A stretch of DNA of 64,000 nt from Oopsacas minuta. Taxonomy: Eukaryota > Animalia > Porifera. This document shows positions 1-13,245 of the stretch, one piece after another. The position numbers and the translations under genes were made by a program. The notes beneath the pieces were generated by a model. It saw only the letters and a program-made list of their open reading frames with translations. It searched no databases and was not told where the DNA came from. The DNA lies in contig JAKMXF010000008.1 in the NCBI GenBank assembly GCA_024704765.1, forward strand, positions 50,935 to 114,934. Direction: 5' to 3'. Position 1 is the stretch's first letter, and each line of letters starts with the position of its first letter.

Positions 1-42
1 ATATATTTGTGTGTTGAAATACTTTTGTACACTTAGAGTATA

Positions 43-1378
43 TACAAAGCGATTTCAAGTAGTTCGTAACCCTAGCTATTGCTATCATTGTTTAATCACA
101 TGTATTTACTATTTGCATCTAATTTATAGCTTAGATTTTCGTCTATTTAGGACACTCTACTTTGTGGAGATTGATCTAATATTTTTGAGATACACACTTT
201 TGAAGATAGGTTATAGCAACCACAGAGGAATTTATGGCTTCAAAATCTAATGAATTTCTACTTGAACAAAGAGCATACATCAAAATCCGCCCATTACTCG
301 GCGAAACGCCAAGGAATATTCACCAAGATTTAGTACAGGTATATGGTGGGGAGTCCTGTTCGGAATCAACCGCTATGAAATGGAGTCTACGTTTTCGTGA
401 AGGTAGGGTGTCGGTTGAAGATGACCCTCGGATGGGACAACCTATAATTGCTACCACTGCAAACAATATTGCTCTTGTAGCTGAAATGTGTGACTCTGAT
501 ACCCATATTACGATAGAGCAGTTAGCTACCAGCCTAACTTTGTCAACGGGAAGTGTTCATGCAATTCTGACCAAGCATCTTGGTATGTCCAAGGTTTGCT
601 CACGTTGGGTCCCACATTTGTTGAATCAGCCTCAAAAGAAGACCCGGGTGAGAATTGCAAAAATACTGCTTGAAAAGTATGATCAATGTGATGAGAGGCG
701 ACTATTTGAAATATGTACCGGTGATGAGACGTGGATAAGATATTCAGAGCCAACTCGCAAAGGACAAAACAAGGTATAGATTGTAAAAGGGAATTCTCCC
801 CCAGCACTACCAAGATCGGATCATTGGTTCACCAATGTAATGTACACCATATTTTTTATTCACATGGTCCAGTCTGCCAAATTCTGTACTCCTAAGGGGT
901 AATCAGTTACCGGGCACTTTTATGCAACAATTGTTCTTCCGGGAAGCGAAAAACATTATATTGAACGTCGGCCGGCCACGGGTCTTAGAGGAATCAAAAT
1001 TTTGCATGAAAATGCCAGACCGCACAAATCTAAGGAAGTCAAGGAAAAGATTGCTTCTATAGGTCTTGAGGAATTGGAACATCCACCCTATAGCCCTGAC
1101 CTAGCACCTTGCGACTTCTGGCTATTCGATGGGCTCAAAATGCACCTAGCGGGTACAGTTTTTGGAGAACAGATGCAAATTGGAAGGGCTATCCAACGGT
1201 ACCTCGGAGACATACCACAAGAAGAGTATGAAAAAACGTTTTTGAAGTGGATGGAGCGTTTAAAGCTTGTAGTTGAGCACAAGGGAGACTTTGAACATTT
1301 ATAGTAGCATTTGAGACTTATCTCACTTATATAATACAAATATTCTAAGAGTTACGAATTAAATGAATACCCTTTGTA
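43..1378 (+). mobile_element. mariner (DD34D-type) DNA transposon, full length, decayed
   Basis: Imperfect ~28-bp TIRs (TACAAAGCGATTTCAAGTAGTTCGTAAC at 43; reverse complement of 1351-1378 is TACAAAGGGTATTCATTTAATTCGTAAC), TA on both flanks, internal transposase remnants. Confidence 0.88.
234..1304 (+). pseudogene. mariner transposase pseudogene
   Basis: Motifs WVPHLL, TGDETW, LHENARPH (second catalytic D replaced by E), YSPDLAPCDFWLF; in-frame TAG at 777-779 and a frameshift near 840. Confidence 0.9.
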
Positions 1379-2670
1379 TATAATCACTAACCTAACAACT
1401 CTAAAGATTGACTTTCACATTACGTTGTCTATGAATATAATATACTAAGACAAATATGGATTATTTAAAGTGATCGATGGTATAAGATTAACATCTGAGT
1501 TTGCATAGAGCATCTCAGAAAGCTCGTATTCGAGATCTTCGTTTTCACTGGGAACGGTTGATTCCTTTGTGTGACTCCCTAAGCATTGTCACCAAAAAGA
1601 TGATCCTCAAGTTCAGTGAACAAATGTGGAATTACAATAAATATTCTGAAATTCAATGGCAAATATTATTCAGTTACTTGTTATATCATATTTAACCTGA
1701 ATTTGGGAGGAGTTCAGATTTTTCAGGAAAGAGCTGTGTTTTTTCCAATTGAAAATCCTTGTCTTAGAAATTCATTGAGTATTGCATCAGTTGCATCTTC
1801 AATTGCCTAATTTGAACAAAAGTACGTAAACAATAAAATAGGGAAATTGAGAGCAAAAGTAAACTCATTGTTAACAATGAGTATTCTAAAGGTACTAGTT
1901 GTATCAGACTGACCTTCGAGATTTCAACTTTAGGGCGAGTAACCTTTTCTATTCTGACTTTTTTAGTTTCCTAGGGGTCACTATCTCAATAATTGAGTCA
2001 CCTACTCTTTTTATCGGATATGGTCTTGACCATTTTGGTGACTTTAGTACCGGGCTGTTTTTTTAACTTAACCTCATTAACAAGCAATACAGGGTCCCCT
2101 GACTTGAATTTCCTAGCATTGAAAGGATCATAACGTATTCACAAGTGGGGATCAGAAACGGCTCTTTGCACCTAATTCAAGGAGGGTTACTTACCATAAT
2201 ATCAACTCAATTATCATAAACAGAGTGAGCTGTTGGATTATACTAATACTTATCATACTTGTGAATAACTTGTTGCAATCGGATATTGTCACCGAGGGTT
2301 TCATTGTGATATAATGTATGTAATACTTTGAAATTAAATCATTATTCGATGGCATGACTGCATCGTTCCAGTCATCCACTGAATAACGTCAAGTCTCTCA
2401 GCGTACCAGGACTTTTCTTCCTAAGCTATTGTATTAGCTGCAGACCCTAGATGACTTGAGAGGGAGTGGGGGTGGGGTGGCGGGAACAAGGACAAATATC
2501 AATGTATTTTAGATAAAGAAATTTGATATCAAGGACTCAAAGAGCAAATTGCAAATACTTTTAATACATTTAGTGCTATACATACTCTTTGCTAGTACAA
2601 TTTTTCTTGGCTTCCCTTAACCCCAGTCTAATGTCTAAATAAATCAGAAAAATTTGTACCATATACAAGT

Positions 2671-4446
2671 TCAGAGCTTTTGGTCATAAGATCTTTTCAT
2701 TTTCATTTGTGCACTAGTAAAGTTTTCTTTGGCCTCGGGATATATACTATCGATAATAATCTTTGCATTCTCCATTAATACCTCCAACTCGCAGTCCCAA
2801 TATACTGTTGAAAAAACATCGACATTATCGGCCTTTCCTCTAGATTCAACTTCAATTGGAAGTCTAGCTCTTCTTCCAGACATTAATTCAAATCCTGAAT
2901 ATTTGGTAGCCTCACTGACACGATTGTTAATGGAAAATCTTACAGCTTCTAAGTGTTCTGGCCAGATTTCCATATGATTCAATAGAATTTTCATGAGTGA
3001 CCTAGGAATTATAATTAACAATACTAATTTGGCAAACGTTAATGAAACAAAATACATACTTTAAAAAAAATGTAAATATTTTTGTTCAGCTAAGTATTGA
3101 TATATGGAAATTCAACTATTGAGAGTTTGATAGAACTCAAGAAAGGAATTCGTAAGGTGGTTCAGGATGAAGACTTAATAATTGTCATGAATTCACTCTA
3201 GAGTATAAATTTCTAACACTTACTGTTGGGCTGATTTATTGTTGATTCGTCTAATCCATTTGTCTGTAGGTGGTAAGGTGCAAATAACATAGTTAGGTGC
3301 CACCTTTTTAATGTAACTCTCTGTTAATCTATATATATATATTTAAATAGGTATATATACGTCAGTGAATTACCATGCCATATCGACTTGTTTCACAAGC
3401 GAATGATACTTACAGTGCTGGTAAAAATAGGTTCATTATCAGTAATAATTCTAACAGGTGCACCATAGTGCAATAGATAGAGAAAATTGCAGTAGATACT
3501 TCAGATACATACTTTGTTGTAACTGGTCGGGGGCACAACATATTTAGTAAAATAATCCGTCATAGTCAAAATATACTTGAATCCAACTGGAGAGGGTAAA
3601 AGTTGACCTATCATATCCATCTCACACGAATACCAAGGTTTATCAAGAACTTCTATTGGCAGTAATGGTCTGGTAGTTTTGATTGAGAAATTGAGATTGG
3701 ACTGATAGTTAATACAAGATAAAACCTTAAATATAAGAAAATGTATTGGTAAGATAGTTCAAATATAATTTTATCACCTCAGTTTGTATTTTTGAGGTCG
3801 TCATTAATATTTCTATTAATTTTCCTAAATGATAGTTCAAATGTATTTAGTTTACAACACTGAAATTGTAATTACTAATCGCGGGCCTTAGATAATAAAT
3901 TAGATTTTGGTTTGAAGTTGGGTCCACCATCAACGAATAAAATGATATGTTATTTGTATAATTATGATCACAATAATTTTACCACTTAATATAATAAACT
4001 TACATATTCTTATATTTCTCGAAACATGTGACCAATAGATCTATGTTTAATGATACTGTGAGTACCATGAATACCATTGTGTTACCCGATCTCATTATGG
4101 CATTCTTTGAGTATGTCTGGTACTTGATGGCGTCTTAATACCAGAGTTTCAAATTCGCCCTGCTTTATACAACAGCCATTCTTAAATGTAAGATTTTCAG
4201 AATTCCTCGGATCTTTTGTTTTAACGAATCAGAAAGAGTTAGACTGTATGTCTTCAAAGTGAGGTATTGTGCTATATACGAATAAAATTCTTCCTAAATT
4301 ATATAAACAAGCAAAATGACAAGGTATTCAACTGAAACATATAAAGTATACATGTAAACAAACTCTTGTTAGTAGTACTTTAGCAAAAATAACATTCATC
4401 AAGTCATTTTGTTATCGAGGCCTTGACAAAATGACTGTCTATAACA
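2671..4446 (-). mobile_element. Ginger-type (Gypsy-like integrase) DNA transposon relic C, spliced integrase
   Basis: Minus-strand exons: ILKECHNEIG.HNGIHGTH (HH of zinc finger), CINYQ...PWYSCEMDMIG...ILTMTDYFTKY...RIITDNEPIFTS|GTAAGT, APYHLQTNGLDE, WPEHLEAVRFSINN...TKYSGFELMSGRRARLP...YDQKL; candidate 5' end TGTTATAGAC... at 4446; stops and frameshifts; partner TIR not found. Confidence 0.8.
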
Positions 4447-4495
4447 AATGACCATATAAATAGTAGTGATTATTTCCAACAAGTGGTGCAACTAT

Positions 4496-5072
4496 AGAAT
4501 CCGACACCCCTCAACGATTTTAATATGGTCATGTCCCTATATGCACCGTTGAAGAACTCGTTGAGAGAAGCTGATAGAGCTTTCGGACTCAAAAATCGGA
4601 TGAGAACTGACGAAGTTACGATAAATCTCCTAAATAAGCCAAATTCTATGGAGAAAATTGTATTAGCCACTATACTGGAATAATGCTAATGAATTCTATA
4701 CAAACTACCATAGGAATGCACATATAATCAATCTTGCGGTTATGTCAACGCTTGCGTCAGTTGATTGATTCTTTTACGAATTTATTAGTTTGCGTAATTT
4801 GTAGTTATTACTATTCAGAACGGTCAATTTAACCTTGTGTGGCCTGGTTCCCAAAGGGGCGAAAACCTGGTCACACGGTATATCTCGAAAACTATAATTC
4901 GCATCGCTTAGCTTTAAAAAGGAAAAGATAGGTCTAGGCGTCATCTGGCCAAAAATACCACTTGGACCACATCCAGCTATCCTAACAATAGGTGTTATGC
5001 ACCATTAATGTTGCTAAATAATCATCAAGTACATATCAAAGATATCTTAACTAGGATTCATTTGTTGCTTAG
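4496..5072. repeat. left arm of ~575-bp inverted repeat
   Basis: Reverse complement of 9126-9699 with only about 9 differences counted by eye. Confidence 0.95.
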
Positions 5073-5885
5073 AAATATTCCAAATTGATATATTTAACCT
5101 AAGTAGAACTGGCCTCCTTGCTTGTTATTGTGTTGCACTGGCTTCAGAAACCCTAGAAGCAACAAAAGGAGGCATGCTACAACCTTCATGATTAATACGT
5201 TTATTCACCTATTTTCTAGCTGCAAATGACCGGATCCAACTTAGTATTCATGTTGTTATCCAGGTGCAAACGCGTTTGCAGTTTTTGAGACCTTTGAGTA
5301 TATACGCTAGCGATATAAGAACGGGATTAGATAGTGTCATGGTTGCTTCTGGGTCTGAGCTGATGTGAATGCACAAGTTGAATTGTTGCAGTTGGACTTT
5401 CTATGTATTATTGATTCGGTCCGTTTGCATGTAAACTGTCTGTAAATAGTAATCTCTTCTTTGAACTAGTTCTTCAGCTCGTTTGTGTAAAAATTATTTG
5501 TAAATATGTATGATCAGAAATACTTCCTGCGCCTACACAGGGATCACGACATCAATACGAAGGAATAGAAACAGCCCGGCAATAGCAGTTATTAGCCAAC
5601 GGAAGTTGCAATTGTTACTGTTAACAGCTAATAATAGTATGTCGTTAACAATAAACGACAAGCATTCTATCAACAACACTACGTAACTTCTAATGTTAGC
5701 CAGGGTGAGTGTTTATTTCAAGCTACCCTATGCCCTAGGGGCAGTTATTCGAGGCAATATGGGCGCATTTACTAGTTTCAATATCCCTTAGAATAGCTTA
5801 TGCTAACATTTACCAAGTATGTGATGTAAGAGTGTATAATGTAACTATTCTTAACAAAGTAATACTATATATATTAGCAACTAAA

Positions 5886-6760
5886 TTACACAACAGGATA
5901 TAATTCTCTAATGGACTTGACGATGCTGTTTAGGATGTTTCCTTTATTCTTTCTTCTCCAACAAGACTCGATAAGGTGGGATTCTAGCAATTCAGGATTT
6001 GTTGTTTGGCCTCTTCTTTGCCTTTTCTTGACCACACCCCAAGCGTTTTCTATCCCTTGTGTATGGGTACCGTCAATTGGAACCACAAAATTCTCAGAGT
6101 GGTTCACAGTGTGATGATCGTAGCCTACAGCTGGGACAACATTATAAGCAGCCCATTCGTCTGAATGGATGGTAGTTCCAGGTAATACATATCGCTGAAT
6201 GATGGGAAGTAGGGTTGCACCTGAGCGATCGGGAACTGGAATCATCAGTACGTTATCAGTACCTTGCTCATATATACCGAAAACCCATTGACCAGTGAGT
6301 AATCTACCACGGTTATATTTTCGTCTCCCAAATTTCGATTCATCAATCTCCACCACTGTACCGGGCCCACCTATTGGCTCCTGATTTATTATTAGATCCT
6401 CAATGCAAACATCTCTCATAAAATTCTTCCAGTCCACAACAGTATTCGGAGACCATTGCAATTGTTTCTCAAGAAATGCGTGTAACTGTATATCTTCACT
6501 CCAATAATACAAGAACTGCAATAGCGAGGGAAGAAATAGGTTTGAACCCTTGAAGGACTCATAACGAAGTGAACAAGTTGTCTTACACGCTCTACATCTC
6601 TATTTCTTATTGTTCTTAGAATCGGTAAATGCACCTACATACATTATTGAGCCGCATCTGCCCTGGACCCCTCGTGGTAATAAGCCATAATGCTTAAGTC
6701 AATCTATAGTATTTTCCAGAGAAGACAACTGAAAGAGATCCGAGAGTGAAAAGCTTGCTA
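5886..6760 (-). pseudogene. Merlin / IS1595-family (ISXO2-like DDE) transposase pseudogene
   Basis: ORF 5886-6521 has VVEIDESKF, RKYNRGR, WVFGI, TIHSDEWAAY, TVNHSENFV, HTQGIENAW; the same frame upstream encodes a zinc-ribbon-like RC...RCRACK..CSLR region interrupted by two stops (likely Trp codons). Confidence 0.88.
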
Positions 6761-7075
6761 AAATGTCAGGTATAATCGAGGGTTCGAGTAATATTGTGTG
6801 GTCCATTGTGGTTTGAATGATAGTAGCTTATTACGAAACAATGTACGAATGGTCTTTATATACTAACATACATTACAACGCATTCACTTCATTGGAATGC
6901 TTTTTACTTAAGCGACACAATTAAAGCTTAGATTATGTGGTTGTTTGTGGTCAACATTTTATTGCACAGTGTAACTTGAGTATAATTTGTTCAAAGGAAT
7001 GTAGATTTTATTAGTGATAAAAAATCATAGTGGTATCAAGTTACTATCAACGATTAACTATACGAGTAGTATATA

Positions 7076-8442
7076 CCGGGTGTTTCAAAAAAAACAGGCC
7101 CCAAAATCATGGAGCCATATTTCAGACGATTCTATGTATTCAGATATACCATTGATAACTAGTATAAATATACTACTTTTTAACAATATAACTAAGGGAA
7201 AAGGTTGAAATTACTGAAATACCCAACTTATAGCATATGTTCTAGGTGCCCGCCATTAACTTCCATGCATTTTCTTAGTCTTTTCACAAAATTCTTCATT
7301 ACATCCATGCACACTGACTTTGGAATCTTTCCCATTTCATTCTTAATGGATATTTTTAGTTCTCTGATGCTCTGGGGTTTGTTAGCATATACTTTATCCT
7401 TCAAATAGCCCCAAAGATAGAAATCAGGGGGGCTCAGGTCCGGGCTATGAGGGGCCCACTCAAAGGGGGTTAGTCGACTGATGATTCTGGTTCCAAAGTG
7501 GTTTTTAAGCCATTCCCTAGCAATTAATGAGGTATGGGCAGGGGCTCCATCCTGCTGGAACCATAATTTGGGTAGTAGAGAGGGGTAGAGTGATTCCACT
7601 TCTTTCCAGAACTCATTAAGCATCTTGACGTAGCGTTCCTTTGTCACAGTCACATTTCGACCATTTTCTTCGATGAAAATAGGTCCAATGATGCCTCTCG
7701 CCCCAATAGCAGCACACACGGTGCATCTTTCGGAATGTAATGGCTTCTGAACTATCTCTGAAGGCTTCTGAGTACCCCAAAATACATTGTTCTTACTATT
7801 GACCCGCCCATCCAGGTCAAAATGAGCCTCATCCGAGGTGAAGAGAAGCCCAAGGAATGAGTCACAACTTTCAACTTTGGCGACCAATTTCTCAGCCATA
7901 GCTACCCTCTTGACCTTATCTACATTTGATAGCTTCTGGCCTGTTTGTATTCTATAGGGGGAAAAGGACAAATCTTGTTTCAAGACTCTCCAGAGGGTGG
8001 TAGGGGTGATACCAAGAGATTGGCTCCTCTTCTGGATTGACCTTTTGGGGCTGTTTCCAACTGCCTCCCTGACATCATCAATAACCTCCGCAGTTCTCTT
8101 CCTAGGTCTCCCAGAATGAGTTGGACGCTTGGAATCCTTTGTATTTAGGTTTAGCACGGTCCCATAAGCCCTAAAATGGCTAACCCAGGATTGAATCACA
8201 CTCTTACAGGGCGAGGAAGCTGCCTCAAACTTTGCATGAAATAACTCATTGACCGTCGTAAACGACCCATGTTTGAAGTAGAATTCGACACAGAATATGC
8301 AGTATTCCAACTTCCAATTTGGCATGGATGTATTCACAGGAGTTGTTTCTGCCATATAGTGAAGAGAAAATATTGCTATAATAGAATACCTGTACATAGA
8401 GAGAAAAAGATGTAACTGGGGCCTAATTTTTTGAAACACCCG
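7076..8442 (-). mobile_element. Tc1/mariner DD41D (Visitor/rosa-like) transposon, apparently intact
   Basis: TIRs CCGGGTGTTTCAAAAAAAACAGGCCCCA (7076) and CGGGTGTTTCAAAAAATTAGGCCCCA (reverse complement, ending 8442), TA on both flanks. Confidence 0.92.
7228..8325 (-). CDS. DD41D transposase, 365 aa from MPNWKLEY (the longer ORF start lies inside the TIR)
   Basis: HTH region SGRPRK, FTSDEAHF, FQQDGAPAH, SPDLSPPDFYLWGYLK; 41 residues between second and third Asp; no stops or frameshifts. Confidence 0.92.
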   Translation of the reverse strand: MPNWKLEYCIFCVEFYFKHGSFTTVNELFHAKFEAASSPCKSVIQSWVSHFRAYGTVLNLNTKDSKRPTHSGRPRKRTAEVIDDVREAVGNSPKRSIQKRSQSLGITPTTLWRVLKQDLSFSPYRIQTGQKLSNVDKVKRVAMAEKLVAKVESCDSFLGLLFTSDEAHFDLDGRVNSKNNVFWGTQKPSEIVQKPLHSERCTVCAAIGARGIIGPIFIEENGRNVTVTKERYVKMLNEFWKEVESLYPSLLPKLWFQQDGAPAHTSLIAREWLKNHFGTRIISRLTPFEWAPHSPDLSPPDFYLWGYLKDKVYANKPQSIRELKISIKNEMGKIPKSVCMDVMKNFVKRLRKCMEVNGGHLEHML

Positions 8443-9125
8443 TATTCCAATTCATATACAATGATCATTGAATTGTTGGGTATTTCAGTCAAATCATACA
8501 CAGGTATAATATAACTTAAAGCCCACCATACACGATGCAATTTTGTTGCATACAACCGTTGCAATCAATCAAGTTGCATCATGCATGGTGGGCTTAACAA
8601 TGCACGTATTTCCCATGGATATTCCCTTAACCAATCTGAAAAATATATTGGGAATCAGTGCTGGAACCCAATTTGCACAAACTACATTATAACCAAACTG
8701 ACTTTAGCAAAGAAGGCGTTAACTATGAGCATATTGTGTTTACCTTGGAACATGGGCGAGGGATGGCGCTAGCAAACAAGGGTATAGATCCATAAATTAT
8801 GGGACGAATCTTAAAATCTTGTAATTTGGTACGAAATCATCGCTAAATTACCGTACATTATCACTAATTATTCAAAAGTGGGGGGACACTTCCTCCTCCG
8901 TCCCCCCGGGAATTACGCCCATGCTAACATGTTACGCCACTGTTTATCGGAGACTTACTATATACTTGTACTGTGGACTGTGAGGCTTGTAACAAACTTC
9001 TAGAATCATTAAATAAAGAAGCCGCATGTACAAATATACTAAACAACTAATATGTATCACCAACAGAGAATATTTGGCGATACTGAAATGTCTTTATCAT
9101 TAATCTTAGTTAAAGATGAGTTTTG

Positions 9126-9699
9126 CTAAGCAACAAATGAATCCTAGTTAAGATATCTTTGATATGTACTTGATGATTATTTAGCAACATTAATGGTGCA
9201 TAACACCTATTGTTAGGATAGCTGGATGTGGTCCAAGTGGTATTTTTGGCCAGATGACGCCTAGACCTATCTTTTCCTTTTTAAAGCTAAGCGATGCGAA
9301 TTATAGTTTTCGAGATATACCGTGTGACCAGGTTTTCGCCCCTTTGGGAACCAGGCCACACAAGGTTAAATTGACCGTTCTGAATAGTAATAACTACAAA
9401 TTACGCAAACTAATAAATTCGTAAAAGAATCAATCAACTGACGCAAGCGTTGATAACCGCAAGATTGATAATATGCGCATTCCTATGGTAGTTTGTATAG
9501 AATTCATCAGCATTATTTCAGTATAGTGGCTAATACAATTTTCTCCATAGAATTTGGCTTATTTAGGAGATTTATCGTAACTTCGTCAGTTCTCATCCGA
9601 TTTTTGAGTCCGAAAGCTCTATCAGCTTCTCTCAACGAGTTCTTCAACGGTGCTTATAGGGACATGACCACATTAAAACGTTGAGGGGTGTCGGATTCT
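9126..9699. repeat. right arm of ~575-bp inverted repeat
   Basis: Reverse complement of 4496-5072. Confidence 0.95.
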
Positions 9700-12600
9700 G
9701 CAATTGTACCTTATAGCGTACAATTGCAAAGGTTTACTTTTACGCTTTTCGGACGACTTGGAATTTAACTTATCGAGTATGCTCTCTTATTCTAAATTCG
9801 AGAGTGACTAAATAGCTGAAAGGTGCATCTTCGATTGCGCGTGCTTTATCAGGTCACCTTTTCACCTATATCATGTCTCAACTTGTGCCATTCTTTCGAT
9901 ATAAAGGTTAAATTGGAAATTTGACATTCAATAAATGTAACTGTTAGGCTTGTGCACAAAATGAACAGGATCCCAAGTTTAGCACCGGATCTTATTGTAA
10001 CCAGTTGTGAATACTCTGCCAATCTGGTCGAAATCTTCTCCCTCCATTCCCATGAGGAAATTGAAGTCAGTAAGTGCACCATCAAGTTCGGGGAGAAAAG
10101 AATTTCTGGGCGAGAAATTTCACTCCTCGTTTTCCCGAAATACTTATCTAATTTGCTCATTCCTGTGATGATATAACAAACGAATAAAGTAGTAATTTTA
10201 TCACAGGATAATAATCCCATTCGTATTATAATCGATGCATTAAAGATGGTTTGAATATTTTGAAGAACGAGTAAAATTCACAGTAAAATATTGAATAATG
10301 AATATAAAATAAATACTACGTATAATCATATTTTATTGAATAAATAATCTTTTAGTCAGGAAATATTTTGGATGAGAAATGTTCAGCAAAAGATTTGGGC
10401 TCTTAGAGACTGAACACAAAGATGCCAAAAACATCAACAAAACACATTTAAAGTATCAGTGCTGTAAATATAAAGAATATACTCAAATATGTTTAATGTC
10501 AATTATTTGTTCTTTGGTGTGATAAGAATCCGAGAAGATTACTAGATTTCAAAATTATACTCGCTTAAGTGATGTAATTAATCTATTCAATATGAATCCT
10601 GTAATTGAATATCAATTTCTAACAAATCTTGGTAGTATATTCCATGAATACTTGGCCTTGAAACTCAAAGCTGATTTTAAAATACTCATCCTGACTCGAT
10701 GGATAGAGAGGCCAGTATTCCTGGGATGGCTGGGTTCCTTGGTTGTGAACTTCTCTAGTTATATTGAAAAGTGCGTGGAAATTATTTGGTGCAAGGTGGT
10801 ATAATGCTTGAAGGTAATATATTTAAATGAAATTGAGTTCTAAGTCATTTAAATCCGATGAAAATTTTGAAAATTTCCTAGCTGCTTTTAATAGCATAAT
10901 TGGGTTAGTAGTCCTGCTGCCCTATATCCAAACGTGAAAATTTTCGGAAATTTGTTCTGCTTCTCTTTCCCCACCCAATCAATACACTAAAACAGGGGGA
11001 GAATCAATGATTTGTTAAGTACCTTAGATAACATGAGGGATGGTTTTCTCTTGCACAAAATTGGCACTTGTGACGAAAAATATGACGTAATTATATTCAA
11101 ATTTATTGGATTTTAGAAAATTCCTGAAAAATTCCCTTTTTATATAAGATAAACGTTATTCAATAAAGTGTGAGGCCGATAGAGTGTCAAAGTATTACAT
11201 GAATCCATTTGGGTTTATTAGCCAACTTCCATTGTATGAATGATCGTTAATCCCCATGCAAAGGTCAGTTATGGGATCTGCTATACTGGAAAAGATTCCA
11301 TCTAGCCACATATTATTATATAAATAACTTATAGATACAGTAGCTCAGTTATACAATTTTACAGTTTGTGTATTAGCTATTCTATCTTCGAGGAAAGGTC
11401 ATTTTTTCGGATAATGAAGGTCACCTTTCGAATGAAGAAATGAGGTTTTTATTGCGAAACACTACTATACTTTAGCTCCGCTAGAATATTTGGAATCTCT
11501 TAAATATGGAAGAAAACAAGATATCATCGTATATTCATCTCAAAATATGTAAGAAATCTCAGGGACATTTGGGGAACGTGAAGTTCAGTAATCCAAAATC
11601 GTGTATAAAGATCATTTAGAAGGTCTATATTTGAACAACTACATCAGCTAACCTAGCTACGTCGAACAAGGGTCACTCAATTAGTTTCGGACAAATTAGA
11701 GATGGAATGTTGATTCATTCTTGATAAATTTTTGCTTTGCTGATGAAATAATTTCGGCTTGTAAGACTTAAAATGAGAAAATTCCCTGAGGTACCCCTCC
11801 CCCGGATTCATTAGTGGAAACGCTGCTGGACTCCTTCCTATGGGTTTCTAGTTACTCCCGTCATTTATCGAAGCTTCACAGCTATTACCACATAAGTGCC
11901 TATTTCCGCACATTGTGGGTTTTAAAAATTTTCACATGGTAGTCAGTCCTCGAAGTAATCTATATATACATACCTATTTCTTTTTTATTTCGTGAAAGAG
12001 GATCCCAGCCGCCTTTGCATGTCTAGAAATTTATGATATTTAAATTTTTGGGTGGTGCTACTCCCTCCGCTTATTCGAAGCTCGGCTCTTATTCTGTGAA
12101 TTACGGTATAGGGGATATGTTATCCTAATTGGGCAAATGTATCATCTCTTAATTATGTGTTCTTGTGGGCATGTATAGTAATCATAATACTGTACATTGT
12201 TGATTAAATGTCCAGTACCTTATGCCCCTAACTCGACACAGGGCACATCCCAGTTATTGGTTGTTGTAACATGATATTGAGTTTAAGAAGTAAGCGAAAC
12301 GAGCCCATATTTTATGTACAATTTTGCGAAATATATCAATGCATTTAACATATAATGATTCTATTGCACAATATGTTTTATCTTGCTGGAGGACATTCTC
12401 CCCTACCTATCCCCCTTTAGCCATCACAGAGGTTAATTCCCTCCTTCATATATTTGGTCACTATTTCGATTATCATCCCACTGCTTGTATAACTATATCA
12501 TACAAGGCCAAGGAGAGAATTTATTGACCCCGGAGCAGAAAAATTGTGGTCCAGGGTAGCCGAGAAAATCCAATCAACAGGGCAGTTCTTAATGTACAAA

Positions 12601-13245
12601 TCATTCTCCAAACTTCGGAATCTAAGCAATATCAATTGCAATGCATATCCACCCTTTGTCATGTGCTATGACAGTTTACTTACCTCTATTATGTGGCTTC
12701 ACATTACAAACACTGGAATTGTAAAATCCACCTATTAGCAACTTTTCATAGACATAAAGGTTTGTATGGTAATCAGTGTGCATAATAGCAAAAAAGCTTG
12801 GATAATTCTGTCAAATTACGAGTTGCTATTTGTCGGTTTCTATTGTAATCCCAATTACACATCGAATGAATTGCATTATATTCACAACGTAAATTTTCAG
12901 GGATGGTGGAAATGTTGTTAACAGTCAATTTGGCTGTTTGCTGTTAATAAGCCGGTAATGGTTGTTAACTACAATTTTTCAGCATTTATGTGTCAGTTTA
13001 GCTTGATAGTTATTTACTTTTAAGCCAAATTGTCGCAGTAATAGCCAAATTTGAACTGCCAACAACCTATTACTCAATTTAGATATTATACAGTAGAACC
13101 TCGTACAACGAATATGGTTAAGGTCCCACTGCCATGTCCCGGGGAAATGCCTCACCTGACCCCCCTCTCGTTCGCCCTATTGTTAAATCACTGTCTTTGA
13201 GGATATTTTACTTAATCAATGAGATTTTACTTTTATTTCTGTTAG

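Noticed and set aside
2671-4300. Gypsy LTR retrotransposon
   Set aside because: No RT, RNase H, gag or LTRs, and the integrase is interrupted by introns at Ginger positions.
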